From positions 19,960 to 83,959 of the forward strand of contig NIVC01002659.1 of assembly GCA_002269645.1 (NCBI GenBank): 64,000 nt of DNA, written 5' to 3'. Origin of the DNA: Macrostomum lignano (lineage: Eukaryota). The translations under genes were made by a program, and so were the position numbers. The stretch's first letter is position 1, and each line of letters opens with the position of its first letter. Shown here one piece after another: positions 56,194-64,000 of this stretch. The notes under the pieces are model-generated. The model was not told the origin of the DNA, ran no database searches, and saw only the letters and a program-made list of their open reading frames with translations.

Positions 56194-58054
56194 TTAACTG
56201 ATGGAGCAGCTGCCGGAGCTGCCGCTGTTGAAGCTCAGCCGGTAGATCTGACTGTTCCTCGCCACCAGCACCGAGCCGTCGGCTTCGGTGTCGAAGCACA
56301 GCGCTGTGACGCCCCAGTTGTCCGCGTGGCTGATCCGCTGGCACTCGGGCACCCAGCCCTGGCTGGCCATCCCGGGCACCCGCCGGGTCCAGTACAGGGC
56401 GTACAGCGAGCCCTCCTGGTTCGCCGAGTTCACCGCCAGCAGGCGCCCCTTGCCCAAGCTGAGCAGCTGGTTGGGCAGCAGGCGCTCGAATCTCCAAGCT
56501 GACGGCTTCAGCCAGCTGTTGACCCGGCCGCTTCCCTTGGGATCGTCGGATCGCATGGACAGCAGGAAGCCGCCGTCGGTGCCCCACTGGCCGGAGACCC
56601 AGGTCTCGTTCGAGTCCCAGCAGCAGGAGATCTGCAGCAACGGGTTGCAATCCAATGTCCCCAATTGTAGCCTAAACACACATATCACGATTTCCTAGAA
56701 AACTTAACTATGACTTTTTTACGTGTTTCTCTTGTGATGGGAGCTCGGACCAAGTGCCCCGACCCCCGTGACCCGATTCGAGGGCCGGTACGCCAGTGCA
56801 TTATTTATCAATCAACCGCATCTTCTGTCACAGGAGAATCGCCCGAGACAGACTATAACAAATATGACTGCTTTGCCAGCTCCAAATCCAGCTAATCCGA
56901 ATGATGTGGCTTTACTAATTCCACACAAGCGCGTACATACCAGCTATAACCTATAGATAAGCCAAAATATAGAATTTCCAACTCTTTTTCGAACTGGGGA
57001 TCAAATTTTCCTGTCTGGCAATTCGGTCGGGGCAAACCAAGGCGGGCTTAAAAATTTCTGCCACTGCGACAGGAACTCTTTGCCTTCGGAAAAAAGCAGA
57101 ACTGCAATGATCTGATTGATGATGTCTCTGCTTGAGTAATCCCGGGATCATTAGGGACATATGCTGGATTCGACAGGCCCCCGTCGGCCCGGGGAGGGGG
57201 ATCTCAGCAAAGGGATTAGAGGGATAGCTCCATTAGGATAACGAGCTCATTAGTGGGGAGAGAATGGAGAATGAAGAATCCATTGATAAGTGATAGCTTA
57301 GTCATTCAGAAGCTGCTATCCTACCCCTGCTCTCAACACATGATTGCCACACTGTACCTGTCTGGGAATTTTATCCCAATCGATATCCAAATGAAACAGA
57401 TGCCGCAGGTCTGCTGTCAGTTTCACAATCCTGCTGACTGCCTTCCTCTGTCCGGAGTAGCACAGGAACACGGAACCGGACTGATCAAAGTCGAATCCGT
57501 GCAGCTGACCGTCTCTGTACAGTTTCTTGTTGAGCACCTGCCCCATCAGACTGGCTGACAGCACGCAGCCGATCTGAGTCTCCGTGGCCTCCTGCACCAG
57601 ATCGGCCGTGGCGTACATCGTGTCCGGGCTGTGCAGCTTGATGTAGTTGATTCGCAGGTCGGTGAAGCCTCTTGCGCCGGCAGCGCAGGTCGCTGTAGTT
57701 TCGCTTAGCCGATGTGAATGAATAAATTGAGTAGCCGTCAGTCACCGCCAGGTGGCCGCCGATGGCCGTCATAGCGACAATTGGCGAGCGCAGCACCTGG
57801 CCGAGGTCGGCGGCGCAGCGGAGCTGCACGGGCAGCAGGAGGCTCTCCTCGAACACGAACAGCGGCTCGTCGTTGATGTCGCAGAAGCTGTTGAAGCAGC
57901 CGTCAGGGTTGCACATCGGCTCGACTGGGGTGCCGCCACCGCCGCCGACACCGCCGCAGACTCCGACGCCGCTGCCGCCGCCGTTGCTGCTGCCACCGTC
58001 GAAGGCAGCTGCGGAAGCTGCCGAATCATCGCCAAGCAGCAGGACTGGAGGCTC
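56194..58054 (-). CDS. Uncharacterised beta-propeller-like (NHL/WD-type) protein, partial, with a frameshift near 57678
   Basis: Coding-like GC-rich blocks 58054-57358 (donor GTACAG) and about 56670-56194 with repeated strand-turn motifs (HGFDFDQSGSVFLC; VTALCFDTEADGSVLVA). The frame switches between SDLRC and ARGFTDLRINY. The two blocks are not phase-compatible, so an exon is missing from my model. The fold call is tentative. Confidence 0.5.
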
Positions 58055-58195
58055 CTTGATGCGGGAAAACAGCTCAATAGGTGAACACAATGTGACCCCG
58101 CACTCACAGGCACACGCTCACTTGAGATCCACGGAGTACCTGGCTGTCTCACCGTTAGGCATGTGCACCTCACTGTGCCTTGAGCGTTACTGAAC

Positions 58196-58628
58196 CAGTA
58201 CTCAAGCAGTACTCAAGCAGTACTCAAGCAGTACTCAAGCAGTACTCAAGCAGTACTCAAGCAGTACTCAAGCAGTACTCAAGCAGTACTCAAGCAGTAC
58301 TCAAGCAGTACTCAAGCAGTACTCAAGCAGTACTCAAGCAGTACTCAAGCAGTACTCAAGCAGTACTCAAGCAGTACTCAAGCAGTACTCAAGCAGTACT
58401 CAAGCAGTACTCAAGCAGTACTCAAGCAGTACTCAAGCAGTACTCAAGCAGTACTCAAGCAGTACTCAAGCAGTACTCAAGCAGTACTCAAGCAGTACTC
58501 AAGCAGTACTCAAGCAGTACTCAAGCAGTACTCAAGCAGTACTCAAGCAGTACTCAAGCAGTACTCAAGCAGTACTCAAGCAGTACTCAAGCAGTACTCA
58601 AGCAGTACTCAAGCAGTACTCAAGCAGT
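58196..58628. repeat. Perfect 11-bp minisatellite (AGTACTCAAGC), about 39 units
   Basis: No variant unit seen. Confidence 0.98.
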
Positions 58629-60123
58629 TATCTAAGGTACTGCCATAATTCCAAGCAACGCTTTACTAATTAAAGCAGTTGAAAACAAAAATTATCAGAT
58701 CAGGCCGAAAAGACGCTGCCGCCTTCTTATCGCGGAATTTCAGTCGAATAATTGGGGGGGGGCGAAATTTCCCAAAGGCTTTTTGCTGGGGATTATTTTT
58801 CCCTGCTTTTTTCTCACTGCTCCGGTCTCCCCGGCTGCTTTGGTATTCAGCTCCAGCTTCCCCATCCATAGGATATAAGTCCTGGCTGAACCATGGGATC
58901 AGGAATAATTTTTCTCCTATTTTTACTAATTTTATCGCCGTTCTTTCTCCTACTCAGCGGAGTCCCCCGGCGACTCCCAGCACTGCCTCGGGTCGATAAT
59001 TCTTTCAGTAACGCGAAAGCACTCGAATTTCCTAATCAATTTGTCAACTGCCCTCGTTCTCCTCAATTCCAAAAACGATTATTCCTAACAGTTTCTTCCC
59101 ACGGCATGCCTCTGTCAGTTCGGAGATGGACACATGGACTGTCAATAGTGCCGCACAGCCTTGGCTATTTCCCAGAGAGTGCCCAGTCATGAGTAGTCAA
59201 GCTGATATCATGCAGTGCCGACTGTCTTTCTCTCTCTCCCTTCTCTGTCCTCATTTCCATTGCTAAAATCCCCGCTGCAACAGAGCTCAGCTGGGCTGCC
59301 AGCAAGTTATCAGAAGGCGAACGGGGGCTTAAAGAATGAGTCCGAAGCAATCAGCGAGTGAAGCTCCACTGGCGCTTTCTAAGATACTGGTCAACTCAAC
59401 TCAGGGGGGGGGGGTGGCCACTCTATATCTAGCATATCTATATTTATCACTTGAGAGTGACTCATATCCAATGACTCAGACCTTATTGAAATACTATTGA
59501 AGCAATGAACTGCTCAAGTTCTTCACTTCAACAGTTCACACACATTTCACACACATCACAATCACACAAACATCATACATCACACAGTCACATACATTTT
59601 ACTCACACATCACACGCATTTCACACATTTCAGACACATCACACACACATTTCACGCTTCCATTTATGCTACATGATATCTAGCACATCTATATTTATCC
59701 CTGATAGTGGTCCCTCCCCAATGACCGAGACTTTTATTAGAATATTGTTGAAGCAGTCACTAGATGAACACATGATTTCAGAACAGTTTTTCGAACCATC
59801 TAATACTTACCATGAGTCGTGTGAGTCTTCTTAGGCCAGTTAGTTGAATTATAATGTAGTCAGATCATTCCAGAAAATATATGGGCGGATACGAAACAGT
59901 TTGAGCTTATTTTTTAAGTTCGAACCTACAACTAGCCATAACTGTCAACCCGATGCGACCGCTTTGCCATCCAATTTATTAATACTGGGGGGGGGGGTGC
60001 GAATCCTGTGCTGGCGGAGGCTGGGCAGGGTGTCGCCAATGGGGAACTGAGAAGGGGAAACTGGGTAGGCATTCTGCGGGTGATGGCAAGACTGACTGGC
60101 AAATGGATTTGGCCAAAGGAAGG

Positions 60124-60590
<467 letters not shown>

Positions 60591-61621
60591 CATCTTCATT
60601 CTCAATCCTCCCTTTCTCCTAACCTAGCTGATCAAGGAAGTCACCGCGAACTCTGCCAACCCCCACCCCCCAGCCGCGGCACCTAAATGAGATTTCTGCC
60701 TGTCCGTCTGTCTGTATTTTCTCAGCCTGCCTTTACCTAGGTCCCAAAATTTGATGAGGACTGTTTAGGGTTAGAGGATTCTGGCAGTTGGCAGTGAGCC
60801 AACCGAACGCCTCGATAGGTCCCAGGCTCGACCTTTATTATGGACTGGGGGATTTTCTGAGAATCCAGGCTTGGGGACCTTATCAACTCTGGGACCTCAG
60901 AAACGGGCGTTCTTCAAGTTTCACTTCCAATTTGATCCCCTCCCTGTCCGGCTTGGGATCTCGGACCAGCATAAACTGGAATAATAAACGGATTCGGGAG
61001 ACGTAGAAAAATTTCTACCCCAAAATATTTTCTCCGCCATCCCCGTCCAGCTGACGCACTTTCGTCGCAGTGTCGAAAAAAGCAGGGCTAACCAATAATC
61101 CAAGAAAATGCCGGGTCTTCTGCAGCTTTCTATTTTCTAGAAGCTGTTGGAAGATTTTTTTGAAAAAAAGGAAACTTAGCGAATCGTTTAGATGGAAAAG
61201 GGGGGAGGCAGACGGCCGTCCCGGATCTAGAACACCCAGGCGATAAACGGTTGTCACCTAGGCTGCTTGCATTGTGTAAATCAATGTTTTCAAAGCATTC
61301 TGCTAAGTTTGAGCGCACTAAGGGGCTGCGACTGGGACGAGAGATGGAGACGGAAACCAACTGCATGATTTACAACCTGACACTTTCTTTTCAATTTGAT
61401 GCGACTGAAAAAGTGCAGAAAGAGAGATCAGATTGAGGGAGATAGAAGCAGACGAGAGCAGTAGTCGGAGAGGGTGAGGATGAGAAGGAGAGGGCAAGCG
61501 AAGGATAAGGAGAGGGTAAGGAGAGGGTAAGGAGAGGGTGAGGATAGGGTCAGGACTGAGAGGGGGAATAGGAAAAGGCGAGACGAGGCCGAAGACGATG
61601 GAAGAGGGACTGCATGTTCAA

Positions 61622-61770
61622 AGAGCGCAGGCTGCGGACACACGGATGGAGAGAGCACAGGCTGCGGACACACGGATGGAGAGAGCACAGGCTGCGGACA
61701 CACGGATGGAGAGAGCACAGGCTGCGGACACACGGATGGAGAGAGCACAGGCTGCGGACACAACACGGAT
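61622..61770. repeat. 30-bp minisatellite x5 (AGAGCACAGGCTGCGGACACACGGATGGAG)
   Basis: Direct tandem units. Confidence 0.93.
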
Positions 61771-62788
61771 GTAGAGAGAGGCGGAGGTGAAGGAGGCAGA
61801 GTATGAGAGAAGCCGCGATGGAAGCCCCGCATGAGTGCATAATTCCAATGCCATAAAAAGCACTTTTTATAGTATCGGCTTCCACTTTGCTTGCCTGTAT
61901 CAAATATTAGCTCGGATTTATGATATTCTATAGATCTTCAGCAGCCATAAAATGCAACTATAGGAGGACAATAAGCTCGATATTGGTATTATATCGTTCA
62001 CCGTTGCATTTGGACTAGGGAAAATGCATTAAAGAGAGGAAGGAAGAAGGATCCATTTACCCCAATGTAGCACGCTTGCCAGTCACCATTGGCAGTTTTC
62101 CTGAATCTAGGTCGATAAAACTGATAAAGCCTCAGTTTGAGCCTTTAAAAAATTGTACGTTCTGACACGAATTTAACTTCTAGGGGTTCTTAGTCGCTAC
62201 TAAAAGTAGTCTACTGAACAGCTCTTTTAATATAAAAAATGTTTGAAACTCTAGAAAGAGCAACAGGCATTAGACAGGACCGGTGTGACCAAAACCACCT
62301 AGATAGAATGAGTTGAGGGTTGAGAACTGAGTCTTGAGATGAAGCTGTGAGTAGAAAAAAATAGAATGACAGACACATGGCAAGAGAGAGAGAGAGAGCT
62401 GTTTGTGTTTAAAGTCGACTCCCCTAGAAGAGACGAGAAGAATTACTTGCTGGCAACTCTTGCCCTAAAAGCCTAGAAACACTCTGCTGAATGAAAGAAA
62501 ATGAAAAAGGCAGAGAGATAGCCAGGTTGAGAAGTATAGAAATTGAGTCTAGCCATCGCCTAACAGTAACGACTGCAGCTGTTTGTGGGCGCTGGTTGCC
62601 CTTAACACCGGAATATTCTGCCTTGCGCAAAGAATGAGACAGAAAGACAGGGAGAGAGAGAGAGTGAAGACAGGAACAGTAAAAAGACGAACGTCTCATC
62701 GAAACGCCCCGAGTTTTTATAGGAAGCCTCTCTACAATCTTTCTTCCGCAGGCGTTTTTCGCTAAAGCTTGGTACAGCACAGCACAGC

Positions 62789-62827
<39 letters not shown>

Positions 62828-62872
62828 CAGACAGAGACAAACAGACACAGACAGACAGACAGCCAGGCAGAG

Positions 62873-63517
62873 ATGCCAATGCCGCTAATACCCCAGCGCC
62901 CGGTTTACCCATCGGCAAGCCCGGCCGAGGCAATCCTGGCCGGCTATTTCGCCCAGGTGCGCTACCTGCTGCAGACTGGCGGTCGGGGAGCAGCGGACAC
63001 GCGGGAGCCGCTTGCAGGCGGCCGGACGCCTTTGATTCTGTGCTCGCTGGTCCGCGACCGCTGCTGGTCAGTCAGCCTGGCCCGCTTGCTGTTGGAGAAG
63101 GGCGCGAAAGTCGGACTGAAGGATCGCAGAGGAATGAACGCGCTGCACTACGCCTGCGCTCACGGTCGGGAGGAGCTGGCCGAGCTGTTCCTGCAGGCCA
63201 TCGACTATCGGGTTGACGCGGCCGATGGCTACAGGAATTCGGCGATGCACTACGCGGTCAGGGGAGGCCGCCTGCGGATTGTCGAAGCTCTCGCCAAGGT
63301 GCTGCAGCGGCTGCAGCTGCCCGTTAGTCCACCGAACCGAGAGGGCGTCACCCCGCTGATGCTGGCCTACATGGCTGATAAGATGGACATCGCGGCCAAG
63401 CTGCTGGAGGCCGGGGCCGACGCAGACGCGGTGGACGCCTTCGGTAAAGCGACGTCCGTCTATCGGAGAGAAGCTGAGGAGCGACTGCGCGATGCAGAGG
63501 AGGCGGCCGCCGCCAAG
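62873..63517 (+). CDS. Ankyrin-repeat protein (ANKRD34/63-like), first coding exon; gene continues past the window
   Basis: Ankyrin motifs GRTPLILC, LLLEKGAKVGLKDRRGMNALHYAC, RNSAMHYA and GVTPLMLA...LLEAGADADAVD; donor AAG|GTGAGT at 63517/63518. Confidence 0.88.
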
Positions 63518-63619
63518 GTGAGTTAAAGGAATTCCGCTGATGCCCGACCACGCACAGGTACATGGATACGTAAGCAAGCACGCGCTCACACAGGGTGTAC
63601 GTGTACAGCGGTACAGTGG

Positions 63620-64000
63620 TGAAGGGTCAGTAGGATAGGGTGAACGGTCAGTAGGATAGGGTGAACGGTCAGTAGGATAGGGTGAACGATCAGTAGGATA
63701 GGGTGAAGGGTCAGTAAGATAGGGTGAACGGTCAGTAGGATAGGGTGAACGGTCAGTAGGATAGGGTGAACGGTCAGTAGGATAGGGTGAACGGTCAGTA
63801 GGATAGGGTGAACGGTCAGTAGGATAGGGTGAACGGTCAGTAGGATAGGGTGAAGGGTCAGTAGGATAGGGTGAAGGATCAGTAAGATAGGGTGAAGGGT
63901 CAGTAGGATAGGGTGAACGGTCAGTAGGATAGGGTGAACGGTCAGTAGGATAGGGTGAAGGGTCAGTAGGATAGGGTGAAGGGTCAGTAGGATAGGGTGA
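63620..64000. repeat. 21-bp minisatellite (GGGTGAACGGTCAGTAGGATA)
   Basis: In the first intron of the ankyrin gene; runs off the window end. Confidence 0.96.

Noticed and set aside
59430-59760. Degenerate direct repeat of about 85 bp (59430-59515 vs 59680-59765) as an LTR pair
   Set aside because: Low identity, no TG...CA ends, PBS or TSD; more likely an old local duplication.

Overview
Eukaryotic (animal) genomic DNA: GC-rich exons with GT-AG introns and many intronic minisatellites. The style resembles the flatworm Macrostomum, but that is an inference. Genes reconstructed by hand: (1) a 5'-incomplete, 14-exon ELKS/CAST/ERC active-zone coiled-coil gene (+, 2176-15332); (2) two tandem intronless DEG/ENaC channel genes, copy 1 split by a 1638-bp hAT-type insertion with an 8-bp TSD and copy 2 a frameshifted, deleted pseudogene that preserves the empty site; (3) a divergent GAPR-1-like CAP-domain gene (-); (4) a two-exon, 80-aa putative secreted peptide gene with a TATA box that the ORF track misses (-); (5) a 5-exon claudin-superfamily gene (-); (6) an intronless GH3 beta-xylosidase-like gene (-); (7) a beta-propeller-like gene with a frameshift (-); (8) the first exon of an ankyrin-repeat gene (+). 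Mobile DNA includes an RNase H-bearing LINE with an intact 1234-aa ORF2 and a duplicated 5' region, a related LINE fragment, tRNA-derived SINEs sharing a core, Helitron-like ends, MITEs and a foldback-like element. There is no CRISPR array or prokaryotic operon. The best leads are that the exonic hAT insertion could be spliced out in frame using its own ends (introner-like) and the unannotated secreted peptide. Both are hypotheses, and all exon models are unverified manual reconstructions.
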